A DNA stretch of 64,000 bases from an uncultured bacterium (GTDB taxonomy: Bacteria; Fidelibacterota; Marinisomatia; Marinisomatales; UBA1611): contig CAZGFQ010000002.1 of assembly GCA_964525185.1 (NCBI GenBank), positions 3,671-67,670 on the forward strand. Direction: 5' to 3'. Shown here one piece after another: positions 38,839-48,031 of this stretch. Below the pieces are notes generated by a model. It saw nothing but the letters and a program-made list of their open reading frames with translations. It was not told the origin of the DNA and ran no database searches. Positions within the stretch are counted from its first letter, which is position 1; each line of letters starts with the position of its first letter. Both the position numbers and the translations under genes were made by a program.

Positions 38839-40501
38839 AAATAATTCTTACCAATTAAATCTTTTTGAAGAAAATAAACAGAAATGGGAAAAAACAGTTA
38901 ATAATGCTTCAAAACGAGATATTGATTTTGATACTTTGAGTGGTGAAAAGATTGATGCATGCTATTTCCCTCAAACTCCAAATGAATCTTATTTAGATAA
39001 TATTAGTTTTCCGGGACAATTCCCATATACACGTGGGGTACATCCTAATTTGTATCGAGGGCGGCTATGGACAATGCGCCAATTTGCGGGATTTGGTACA
39101 CCTGAGGATACTAATAATCGATACCATTTATTATTGAGTAAAGGGCAAACAGGATTGTCTGTTGCCTATGATATGCCCACATTAATGGGTTATGACCCCG
39201 ACCATCCATTTTCTGAAGGAGAGGTCGGAAAATGCGGAGTTAATGTTTCTTCGTTGAAAGATATGGAATTGCTTTTCGAAGGAATAAACCTAGGCGAAGT
39301 TTCCGTATCGCAAACCATTAATGGCCCTGCGATCATTTTATTGGCTTTTTATATCGCGGTAGCAGAAAAACAAAATATTCCATTAAATGCTCTTCGAGGA
39401 ACACTTCAAAATGATATCTTAAAAGAATTTATTGCACAAAAAGAATGGATATTTCCACCAAAACAATCCATGCGCATTATAACCGATATGTTATCATTTT
39501 GTACAGACCATATGCCACAATTCAATACTATTTCAATTAGTGGATACCATATTCGTGAAGCAGGGTCTACAGCAGCGCAAGAATTAGCATTTACATTAGC
39601 GGATGGTTTTGCATATGTAGAGCATGGAATAGATGTAGGGTTGGATGTAGATGATTTTGCTCCTCGATTATCATTTTTCTTTAATTCTCATTTAGATTTC
39701 TTTGAAGAAATTGCAAAATTTAGAGCTGCTCGGAGAATTTGGGCACGGCATATGAAGCATAAATATGGAGCCAAGAGTGAGCGTTCATTGAAATTAAGAT
39801 TTCATACACAAACAGCTGGTTGCAGTCTGACAGCTCAGCAACCAGAAATAAATATTGCTAGAACAGGATTCCAAGGATTAGCTGCCGTCTTGGGTGGAAC
39901 TCAAAGTTTACACACAAACTCCATGGATGAAACGTTAGCTCTTCCCAGTGAAAAAGCAGCTGAAATCGCACTAAGGACTCAACAACTTATTGCTTATGAA
40001 ACAGGTGTGGCAAATGTAGTAGACCCATTGGGCGGATCGTGGTTTATAGAAGATTTAACCAATAAAATTGAAGAACAAGCAGAAAACTATTTTAATCAAA
40101 TTAATGAGTTGGGTGGTGTAATTTCTGCTATTGAAAAAGGCTTTTTTCAAAGAGAAATAGCTAAGTCTGCTTCAGATTATCAGGAAAAGATAGATAATAA
40201 GAAACGAATTGTAGTCGGAGTAAATAAATTCGTGAATGAGGGGGAAATGATAGATATTCCTATTTTAGAAATAGGAGATGAAGCAGGACTAAAACAGCGT
40301 AAAGATTTATTAAAAATGAAACAAACTCGACATGCAGAAACTGTGGAAAAAGCTTTAGTGAAAATTCAACAAGCATGTGGTGGAACAGAAAATCTTGTAC
40401 CATTGATAGTCGATGCTGCTAAGGCACAGGCAACACTTGGTGAAATTGTAGATGTAATGAAAAAAGAATTTGGAGAATGGCAAGAAACGGCTATTTTTTA
40501 A
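38831..40501 (+). CDS. Methylmalonyl-CoA mutase family, catalytic (substrate-binding TIM barrel) subunit only; no B12-binding domain
   Basis: FPGQFPYTRGVHPNLYRGRLWTMRQFAGFGTPEDTNNRY..GQTGLSVAYDMPT and HTQTAG. The protein ends where the linker and B12 domain would begin. The ATG at 38831 overlaps the cstA stop. Confidence 0.85.
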   Translation: MNKNNSYQLNLFEENKQKWEKTVNNASKRDIDFDTLSGEKIDACYFPQTPNESYLDNISFPGQFPYTRGVHPNLYRGRLWTMRQFAGFGTPEDTNNRYHLLLSKGQTGLSVAYDMPTLMGYDPDHPFSEGEVGKCGVNVSSLKDMELLFEGINLGEVSVSQTINGPAIILLAFYIAVAEKQNIPLNALRGTLQNDILKEFIAQKEWIFPPKQSMRIITDMLSFCTDHMPQFNTISISGYHIREAGSTAAQELAFTLADGFAYVEHGIDVGLDVDDFAPRLSFFFNSHLDFFEEIAKFRAARRIWARHMKHKYGAKSERSLKLRFHTQTAGCSLTAQQPEINIARTGFQGLAAVLGGTQSLHTNSMDETLALPSEKAAEIALRTQQLIAYETGVANVVDPLGGSWFIEDLTNKIEEQAENYFNQINELGGVISAIEKGFFQREIAKSASDYQEKIDNKKRIVVGVNKFVNEGEMIDIPILEIGDEAGLKQRKDLLKMKQTRHAETVEKALVKIQQACGGTENLVPLIVDAAKAQATLGEIVDVMKKEFGEWQETAIF

Positions 40502-40520
40502 TAATAATGAGAGGAATAAA

Positions 40521-40958
40521 ATGAATTCAAAAAATAAGTTTATTTTTGCTGTATCTGGGGTAATCTTAGTATTCGTTGTTTGGGTATATTGGGTGTCAAC
40601 CAGTCCTAGCGAAGGAGCGAAATCAATGGTTGAATTTGTCGCAATTGATGATTTATTTGATGACTATGAGAATGAACGTGTCCGCTTGGGTGGGCTAATT
40701 CAGGATGGATCTATTCAAATATCAGAATCCAATTTACTGGATGTACATTTTATGTTGGATCAAGATGACGAGAGCGTAAAAGTACATTATACCAAAACTA
40801 GACCCGATTTATTTAAAGATGGGGCAGAGGTGATTGTTGAAGGTGTATATACCGCGGGTGTTTTTCAAGCAGATATGCTTCAAACAAAATGTGCATCACG
40901 GTATGAAGGCGATTTAAGAGATGAATCTGATTATAGCATGGAAGAAATTGAAATATGA
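40521..40958 (+). CDS. ccmE: Cytochrome c maturation heme chaperone CcmE, CxxxY variant
   Basis: N-terminal TM anchor, OB-fold core (VRLGGLIQDGSI...FKDGAEVIVEGVY), and QTKCASRY where E. coli has AKHDENY. Internal ATG (MNSKNKF) preferred. Confidence 0.85.
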   Translation: MNSKNKFIFAVSGVILVFVVWVYWVSTSPSEGAKSMVEFVAIDDLFDDYENERVRLGGLIQDGSIQISESNLLDVHFMLDQDDESVKVHYTKTRPDLFKDGAEVIVEGVYTAGVFQADMLQTKCASRYEGDLRDESDYSMEEIEI

Positions 40959-42934
40959 TACCTGTCGCTGGAGCTGTTTCACTCAACCTATCATTAGCTT
41001 TTGCAATATTAACGTTATTTGCAATAGGATTTTATATACGCAATAATGATTATCGCCTTTTTTTAACTGGGCAAAGATTATCACTTGCTTCCTCTGGTTT
41101 AAGTGTCATTTCAACAATAATTCTGACTAATGAACTTATTCTAGGTAATTTTGATTTAGATTATGTGGCTCATTACACCAGTAATGAAACTCCACTATTA
41201 TATAAAATTACAGCATTATGGGCTGGGCAATCGGGATCTATGTTATTTTGGTTAGCTATTTTATCTATTTATGCCATTATTGTTGTCCTTCAAAATCGTA
41301 AAGAACATCATTCTCTCATGCCTTGGGTTATTATTGTCATTACAATTGTACAATTATTTTTCCTTGGAATGACGAACTTTGTAACAAACCCATTCGAACC
41401 TACAAATGCAGACTTTATTGTAATGAATGGAAATGGATTAAATCCATTACTTCAAAACCCAACGATGGCGATTCATCCGCCTATGCTTTATTTGGGATAT
41501 GTAGGATTTACTATTCCGTTTGCTTTCGCAATTGCAGCACTTATAAAAAAAGATGCAAGCTCTCTTTGGATAAAAACAATTCGAAGATGGACATTAGTTA
41601 CATGGCTTTTTCTCGGAATTGGCATAATACTTGGCGGTTGGTGGGCATATCTTGAATTAGGTTGGGGTGGCTATTGGGCGTGGGATCCAGTAGAAAATGC
41701 ATCTTTTATGCCTTGGCTAACGGGGACTGCTTTTGTCCATTCAATCATTATTCAAGAAAAGAAGAATATGCTCAAAATATGGAATATGATTTTAATTATA
41801 TTAACATTTACATTATGCATTTTTGGGACATTTCTTACGCGAAGTGGAATTATGTCATCCGTTCATTCATTTACTGCAAGTGGATTAGGCCCCTTATTTT
41901 TCGGGTTTGTCATATTGATTCTTGTGGTGAGTTATGGATTGCTCTATGCAAGACGGAGCCATTTTCAGACTGAAAAACAATTGGAATCATTTACATCTAG
42001 AGAAAGTGGTTTTTTATTTAATAATGTTATTTTTGTCGTCATGTGTTTTGCAGTTTTCTGGGGAACGATATTCCCAGTGATTTCAGAAGCAGTACGAGGA
42101 ACAAAAATAACAGTTGGTGCGCCATTTTTTAATCAAATTAATATACCAATTGGGCTTATTCTTTTATTTTTAACTGGGGTAGGCCCTTTACTAGCATGGC
42201 GAAATACATCGAAAGAAAGTTTAATAAAGAATTTTACAATTCCATTAATTGTTGCTTTTATTTCTGCTGGGGTGCTTCTTGCATTGGATATAAGAGGAAA
42301 TGCAATGATGACATTATCCTTATCCGGATTTGTTTTTACAACTATTGCAATTGAGTTTTGGCGTGGAATTCATGCTCGTACACGAAAATTTGATGAATCC
42401 ACAATATCAGCATTTATAAAACTTATTCAAAAAAACAGAAGTCGTTATGGAGGCTATATTTCACATTTAGGCATTGTACTTATGTTTGTGGGCTTCAGTG
42501 GGCATGCCTTTGATATTGAAGATGAATGGGGGCTACAAATCGGGTCAAAAGAAACGGTTGGTAATTATGATGTTGAATTAGCTGGATTAAGTGAAGAAGA
42601 GCGTCCAAATCATTATGCTTATATTGCGGATTTGAATGTTTATACAACAGGTGGAGAGTTTGTTACAGACCTTCATCCCGAAAAGAGAATATATTTTCAC
42701 AGAGACCCAAATCCTGATAAAAGACAACCGCATAGTGAATTGGATATTTATTCGACTCTAACTAGAGATATTTATTCAATATTTACTGGTGTTGATCCAA
42801 AAAATCAGGTAGGGTATTTTAAAATAATGATTAATCCTTTAGTACAATGGGTCTGGATTGGTAGTTATTTTTTAATAATTGGAACAGTAATAGCCATGTG
42901 GCCTGTAAAGAGGAAAAAAAATGAATTGGAATGA
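40955..42934 (+). CDS. ccmF: Cytochrome c-type biogenesis heme lyase subunit CcmF
   Basis: 659 aa. WWD motif WGGYWAWDPVENASFMPWL. Polytopic. Confidence 0.9.
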   Translation: MIPVAGAVSLNLSLAFAILTLFAIGFYIRNNDYRLFLTGQRLSLASSGLSVISTIILTNELILGNFDLDYVAHYTSNETPLLYKITALWAGQSGSMLFWLAILSIYAIIVVLQNRKEHHSLMPWVIIVITIVQLFFLGMTNFVTNPFEPTNADFIVMNGNGLNPLLQNPTMAIHPPMLYLGYVGFTIPFAFAIAALIKKDASSLWIKTIRRWTLVTWLFLGIGIILGGWWAYLELGWGGYWAWDPVENASFMPWLTGTAFVHSIIIQEKKNMLKIWNMILIILTFTLCIFGTFLTRSGIMSSVHSFTASGLGPLFFGFVILILVVSYGLLYARRSHFQTEKQLESFTSRESGFLFNNVIFVVMCFAVFWGTIFPVISEAVRGTKITVGAPFFNQINIPIGLILLFLTGVGPLLAWRNTSKESLIKNFTIPLIVAFISAGVLLALDIRGNAMMTLSLSGFVFTTIAIEFWRGIHARTRKFDESTISAFIKLIQKNRSRYGGYISHLGIVLMFVGFSGHAFDIEDEWGLQIGSKETVGNYDVELAGLSEEERPNHYAYIADLNVYTTGGEFVTDLHPEKRIYFHRDPNPDKRQPHSELDIYSTLTRDIYSIFTGVDPKNQVGYFKIMINPLVQWVWIGSYFLIIGTVIAMWPVKRKKNELE

Positions 42935-43199
42935 TGCTATACTCATATTTATTATTTTTGTATCAATGACTTGGTATGTGATACAACCGATGATGGGTTC
43001 TCGTATACCAAAGCCATTTAATGATGAAAATGTGGATGCATATACACGGAAAAAATTGATTTTAATGGATCAAATAAAAGAGTTAGAAATGGATTATGAA
43101 ATTGGAACGTTGAATAAGGATGATTTTATTGAACAAAGGAATCAATTAAAGCGTGATGTTTCTAATCTATTACAAAAAATAAAAAGTCAAGCGTCTTAA
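42921..43199 (+). CDS. Hypothetical 92-aa single-TM protein inside the ccm cluster (possible CcmI-like N-terminal module)
   Basis: N-terminal TM helix (ILIFIIFVSMTWYVI), then a charged helix (LILMDQIKELEMDYEIGTLNKDDFIEQRNQLKRDV). SD AGAGGA upstream. Overlaps the ccmF end by 14 nt. Contains no Cys, so it is not CcmH or CcmG. Confidence 0.45.
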   Translation: MNWNDAILIFIIFVSMTWYVIQPMMGSRIPKPFNDENVDAYTRKKLILMDQIKELEMDYEIGTLNKDDFIEQRNQLKRDVSNLLQKIKSQAS

Positions 43200-43214
43200 T
43201 ATTATTTTATAGCA

Positions 43215-43907
43215 GTGTTATCTGTTAAGCACATTCGAAAGGCTTACTTTCATAGGCCGGTTCTTAAATCTATTTCATTTGAAATTCAACCGGGTGAATT
43301 AGTTGGTATCCTTGGGAAAAATGGTGCTGGGAAGTCAACGTTATTACGTATGATTTCTGGCATTTCGTCATTAGACAAAGGGGTCATCTCTCTTTTTGGC
43401 AATTCTGTAGAAAGTGGGAATTTCCATTCTCGAAAATCACTATTTTATATCGGTCACGCACCTGGGCTATATCCAAATTTATCAGCAGTAGAGAATTTAA
43501 GATTAGCACTATCATTAAGACATGTGCACGCCAAAGATGATGATATACTAAATGCTTTAAAAAGTGTTCAATTGATTAAGCAGGTACATGAACCAATTAA
43601 AGTGTTTTCTCAGGGCATGCTGCAGCGTCTCAAATTAGCCTTATGTGAATTAATCCCTTGGGATATATTACTCATTGATGAACCATTTACTGGATTGGAT
43701 ACACAAGGAAGAGCATTGACAGAAGAAAGTATTAAAAAGTGGGCAATTCCAGAAAAATCAATTTTAATGGTTGTTCATGATATGGATTGGGCTATATCAC
43801 ATTGTAGTCGGATTTTGGTTATAAATGATGGCGAAATTGGTTTAGATGAGCCAACAAAAACCCAATCATCCCAAATCCAAGATTATTACAAAGATTTAAT
43901 GGTATAA
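43215..43907 (+). CDS. ccmA: Heme exporter ABC ATP-binding protein CcmA
   Basis: Walker A GKNGAGKST, signature-like FSQGMLQRL, Walker B LLIDEPFTGLD. Followed by ccmB and ccmC. GTG start. Confidence 0.8.
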   Translation: MLSVKHIRKAYFHRPVLKSISFEIQPGELVGILGKNGAGKSTLLRMISGISSLDKGVISLFGNSVESGNFHSRKSLFYIGHAPGLYPNLSAVENLRLALSLRHVHAKDDDILNALKSVQLIKQVHEPIKVFSQGMLQRLKLALCELIPWDILLIDEPFTGLDTQGRALTEESIKKWAIPEKSILMVVHDMDWAISHCSRILVINDGEIGLDEPTKTQSSQIQDYYKDLMV

Positions 43908-44569
43908 TGTTTCTTACTCTTCTAAAAAAAGATTTATTGCTTGAGTTACGCTCAAAAGAGATTGTCATATCCATGCTTACTTTTGGAGTAACTGTTATTT
44001 TAACATTTGCATTTTCATTTAATGTTTCATCAGATATTATGAGTACTTTTGCACCAGGTCTCTTTTGGATAATGATTTTATTTATTTCTGTATTGGGTTT
44101 GCAAAGATCATTTGCCTACGAAAAAGAATTCGATGCTTATAGCTTAATGTTAACTTCACCTGTCGATCGTGGCTTAATATTTTTATCTAAATGGATGAGT
44201 GGAACTATATTTTTAATCATAACAGAATGTGCTGTTGCATTACCATTTGTTCTTTTTTTACAATTAACAATTGATATAAATATGCTTCATTTATGCGCTG
44301 TTATTATTCTAGCAGATTTAGGAATTATGGTAGGAGGGAGTCTAGTTTCTGGATTAGCAATGCGAGCAAAAATGAGTGCAGTTTTATTGCCCATACTTAT
44401 GTTCCCAATAGTTTCACCTGTATTAATTGCAGCTGTGAAAGCTACGATTGGGTTATTGAACAATGACCCTTATGTCTATTGGCAATTATGGATTCGGATT
44501 ATGGGGTCTTTCACCGTAATTTTCGCGCTGATTGGTTACACACTTTATGATCATATATCGGAAGAATAA
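43907..44569 (+). CDS. ccmB: Heme exporter membrane protein CcmB
   Basis: 220 aa, 6 TM helices. Located between ccmA and ccmC, with an ATGT/TAATG-type start-stop junction. Confidence 0.8.
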   Translation: MFLTLLKKDLLLELRSKEIVISMLTFGVTVILTFAFSFNVSSDIMSTFAPGLFWIMILFISVLGLQRSFAYEKEFDAYSLMLTSPVDRGLIFLSKWMSGTIFLIITECAVALPFVLFLQLTIDINMLHLCAVIILADLGIMVGGSLVSGLAMRAKMSAVLLPILMFPIVSPVLIAAVKATIGLLNNDPYVYWQLWIRIMGSFTVIFALIGYTLYDHISEE

Positions 44570-45234
44570 TGTCTTTTTTTAGTCACAAGAAAAATCAAAT
44601 TTGGTTAGGGATAGTTTCATGTCTAATGCTAATTGATTTATATTTCATACTTTTTGTTACTCCCATTCATCCTGAGCAACAATGGGCGCAACGTATATTC
44701 TATTTTCATGTTCCAACTGCATGGACGGGGTTTCTAGCCTATTTTCTCGTAATGATTGGTGGCATACTCTTTTTATGGAAGAAAGATCAGAAATGGGATA
44801 ATTTTGGTTTGGCGTCAGCAGAGATTGGTACATTATTTACAGCTTTAGTGTTGGTGACAGGACCTATATGGGCAAAACCTGTTTGGGGACATGCTTGGAC
44901 TTGGGAACCGAGATTAACAACAACGCTCATTCTTTTTCTGATTTTTGTGGGATACTTTATGTTAAGAGCATATGGTGGACACCCAGAACGGGTTTCTCGA
45001 TATGCAGCTGCATTGGGAATTATTGCATTTGCTGATGTTCCAATTATTTTTATTTCTGTAAAATTTTGGTTACCTGAATTTCAATCTCATCCTCAAGTGG
45101 AAATGAATAAGCAGGCACCTGAATATTTATATCCATTTTTATTTAGTTTATTTGTTTTTACAATGGTTTATTTAATAATGCTTCGATATAGAATGCATAT
45201 TCTGAACCTTAAAAATAAGGCGTTATCTGAATGA
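44569..45234 (+). CDS. ccmC: Heme exporter protein CcmC
   Basis: 221 aa. RIFYFHVPTAW, and WWD-type motif WGHAWTWEPRL. Confidence 0.85.
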   Translation: MSFFSHKKNQIWLGIVSCLMLIDLYFILFVTPIHPEQQWAQRIFYFHVPTAWTGFLAYFLVMIGGILFLWKKDQKWDNFGLASAEIGTLFTALVLVTGPIWAKPVWGHAWTWEPRLTTTLILFLIFVGYFMLRAYGGHPERVSRYAAALGIIAFADVPIIFISVKFWLPEFQSHPQVEMNKQAPEYLYPFLFSLFVFTMVYLIMLRYRMHILNLKNKALSE

Positions 45235-45362
45235 CATATCAATTTTTAAATTATTTTATATCAGCATATACCTTGGTTCTTGGTGCAATGATCGGATGGT
45301 TTATATTCATGTTTAATCAGGAAAAATATTGGGAAAAAGTATCTGCGTCTAAGGAAGATTAA
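45231..45362 (+). CDS. ccmD: CcmD-like 43-aa single-TM peptide
   Basis: Not in the ORF track. The ATG forms an ATGA overlap with the ccmC stop. Translates to MTYQFLNYFISAYTLVLGAMIGWFIFMFNQEKYWEKVSASKED: one TM helix plus a charged tail, in the canonical ccmD position. Confidence 0.55.
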   Translation: MTYQFLNYFISAYTLVLGAMIGWFIFMFNQEKYWEKVSASKED

Positions 45363-45373
45363 GGAGTCATATT

Positions 45374-46438
45374 GTGGAGAGAAAAATAGTTCATATCATT
45401 GGAACAGGAACAATTGGTGAGCCTCTAATAGGTTTATTAACAGATTATAAAGATCAATTAGGTATTGATGAAGTTACATTCCATAAAAATACTCCTCTAT
45501 TAAGTGATAGATCGAAAGTCATTGATCTTATTCGACGTGGAGCAAGGTTATCTGTTGATGAACCATTGATGAAAGATTTTAAAAAGTTAAATATGGATCC
45601 AGATCTTGATACAGAAGAGGCTATTAAAAGATCATCTGTTGTTATTGATTGTACCCCTAGAGGGATAGGTCATGCAAATAAAGCAAAATATTATGAAAAA
45701 TTCTCTGATTCTGTAAGAGGATTTATTGCCCAAGGTAGTGAAGATGGTTTTGGCAAAAAATATGCTCGCGGAATAAATGATTCTGCTTTGACTTCCTCTG
45801 ATAAATTCCTACAAATTGTTTCCTGCAATACGCACAATATTGCATCAATTACAAAAACAATATCTTTACATGATAATCCCGAAAATCTTAAATCTGGAAA
45901 ATATGTTTGTGTAAGAAGAGCTAATGATATAAGTCAGGTGGGAAGTTTTATCCCAGCCCCTCAAGTGGGAACACACCCACATGAATTTCATGGATCTCAT
46001 CATGCGAAAGATGCTGCAGATTTATTTAAAACCATGGGAATGGAATTAGATTTATTTTCATCTGCTATGAAAGTAAACAGCCAATATATGCATGTATTAT
46101 GGTTCAATCTTCAGGTTAAAGAACCAATTACTTTAGAGCAAGTGAAGGAAAAATTGCATAATAACCCGTTTGTTGCTATGACCACCAAAGATATGACCAG
46201 TACTGTTTTTTCATTTGGTAGAGATCACGGACATTATGGTAGAATTATGAACCAAACAGTGGTTGTAGAACAATCGTTAATGGTTCGAAAGGATCATGAA
46301 GTTTCTGGGTTTTGTTTTACACCTCAAGATGGTAATTCAATATTTAGTAGTATTGCTGCCTCAGAATGGTTGTTATACCCTCACTCGTACGAAGATAAAA
46401 TACAGTGTTTATCCCACTTATTTTTTAATATCATTTGA
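45374..46438 (+). CDS. Type II (archaeal-type) glyceraldehyde-3-phosphate dehydrogenase homologue
   Basis: Rossmann fold IIGTGTIGEPL, active-site QIVSCNTHNI, VRRANDISQ...GSHHAKDA and YMHVLWFNLQV. These align with my recollection of archaeal GAPDH (VVSCNTTAL, VRRAADQ..PSHHAKDV, LMHMHFINITL). GTG start. Confidence 0.55.
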   Translation: MERKIVHIIGTGTIGEPLIGLLTDYKDQLGIDEVTFHKNTPLLSDRSKVIDLIRRGARLSVDEPLMKDFKKLNMDPDLDTEEAIKRSSVVIDCTPRGIGHANKAKYYEKFSDSVRGFIAQGSEDGFGKKYARGINDSALTSSDKFLQIVSCNTHNIASITKTISLHDNPENLKSGKYVCVRRANDISQVGSFIPAPQVGTHPHEFHGSHHAKDAADLFKTMGMELDLFSSAMKVNSQYMHVLWFNLQVKEPITLEQVKEKLHNNPFVAMTTKDMTSTVFSFGRDHGHYGRIMNQTVVVEQSLMVRKDHEVSGFCFTPQDGNSIFSSIAASEWLLYPHSYEDKIQCLSHLFFNII

Positions 46439-47061
46439 TAAGTCAAGTAATCCCAATCGTAACGGGACCCTTTCAAGAAAATACATTTATTGTTTGGGAT
46501 GATTCAGATAAAAAATGCATCATAATTGATCCAGGTGATAATCCGGAACGTATTATTTCCGAAATAGATTCATTAAGTTTATTCCCTAGGGCAATTGTGA
46601 ATACACATGCCCACCTAGATCACATTGGTGCAGTCGACTCATTGAAGGAACATTACAATATTCCATTTTATTTACATAAAAATGAAACAAGTATATTAGC
46701 CAATTATGAATCATCGTTAACATATTTTGGTTTATCTCCTAAACCAGCTCCAAAAGTTGATATATGGTTTGAGCATGAAAATACAATATCCATTGATAAT
46801 TTTAGCATTCAATTATTTAAAACACCAGGACATACACCGGGTGGCACATGTTTGATAATTAATGAAAACGTTTTTACAGGAGATACACTCTTTAAAGGGT
46901 CGATTGGAAGAACAGATCTACCAGGAGGAGATTTTGAATTATTATCTAAATCTTTAAAGAGATTAATGGATGAAGTACCTGAAACTTTTACTATTTATCC
47001 AGGCCATGGACCCACAACAACCTTAGCCCAAGAAAAAGTAGAAAACCCCTATTTAAACTAA
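46435..47061 (+). CDS. MBL-fold metallo-hydrolase (glyoxalase II-like)
   Basis: 208 aa. NTHAHLDHIG, TPGHTPG and GDTLF..GRTD. TTGA overlap with the preceding stop. Confidence 0.8.
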   Translation: MISQVIPIVTGPFQENTFIVWDDSDKKCIIIDPGDNPERIISEIDSLSLFPRAIVNTHAHLDHIGAVDSLKEHYNIPFYLHKNETSILANYESSLTYFGLSPKPAPKVDIWFEHENTISIDNFSIQLFKTPGHTPGGTCLIINENVFTGDTLFKGSIGRTDLPGGDFELLSKSLKRLMDEVPETFTIYPGHGPTTTLAQEKVENPYLN

Positions 47062-47083
47062 ATGAAATTGTAAATTTATACTT

Positions 47084-48025
47084 ATGAAAGTAATAGAATA
47101 TTTAGAAAAAGCGAATAAAACGCTATTTAGTTATGAGATTTTACCTTTAAAGAGGGGTGGTAGAATAGATGATATTTTTTCATTAGTTGATGAATTAGCT
47201 CCATTTGATCCACCTTTTATTGATTTAACAAGTCGATCTGCTGAAGTGTATTATGATGAATTTAATGATGGTTCATTAAAAAGGCACATCCGCCGTAAAC
47301 GTCCTGGAACAATTGGGTTAAGCGCTGCTATTAAAAATCGATATAATATTGAAACTGTTCCCCACATTTTATGTAATGGATTTACAAAAGAAGAAACAGA
47401 AGATGCGCTCATTGAATTGAATTACTTAGGGATTGATAATATATTGGCTGTGCGTGGCGACGATTTAAGAAAAATCCCCAAATCAGATACACGCCCTAGA
47501 AATACATATGCTTCTGATTTAGTTGGACAAATACAAACTATGAATCAGGGGATATACTTAGAGGAATTACAAGATGCTCATTCTACAAATTTTTGCGTAG
47601 GGGTGGCAGGCTATCCCGAAAAACATTTTGAATCACCAAACCTAAATACGGATATCGATTATCTTAAAGCTAAGGTAGATCAAGGTGCAGATTATATAGT
47701 GACTCAAATGTTTTATGATAATACAGCATATTTTTCATTCGTGGATCAATGTAGAGAAGCTGGAATAACCATTCCAATTATTCCCGGACTTAAAATATTA
47801 ACGCGTGAATTTCATCTCAGGACAATCCCATCTAATTTTTTTGTGGATATTCCTGTTGAATTAGCAGAAAAAGTTAAAGGGTTACCCAAAGAAGAAATCA
47901 TAAAAGTTGGAAAAGATTGGGCGCTTAAGCAATGTCAAGAATTAGTAAATGCAAATGTACCATGCATCCATTTTTATATTATGTCTTCTGCAACCGAAGT
48001 AACAGAAGTTGTGTCTGAATTTTAA
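47084..48025 (+). CDS. metF: Methylenetetrahydrofolate reductase
   Basis: 313 aa. FSYEILPLKRGG, ETVPHILC, LAVRGD, GVAGYPEKH and DYIVTQMFYD. Confidence 0.85.
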   Translation: MKVIEYLEKANKTLFSYEILPLKRGGRIDDIFSLVDELAPFDPPFIDLTSRSAEVYYDEFNDGSLKRHIRRKRPGTIGLSAAIKNRYNIETVPHILCNGFTKEETEDALIELNYLGIDNILAVRGDDLRKIPKSDTRPRNTYASDLVGQIQTMNQGIYLEELQDAHSTNFCVGVAGYPEKHFESPNLNTDIDYLKAKVDQGADYIVTQMFYDNTAYFSFVDQCREAGITIPIIPGLKILTREFHLRTIPSNFFVDIPVELAEKVKGLPKEEIIKVGKDWALKQCQELVNANVPCIHFYIMSSATEVTEVVSEF

Positions 48026-48031
48026 TTAAAC

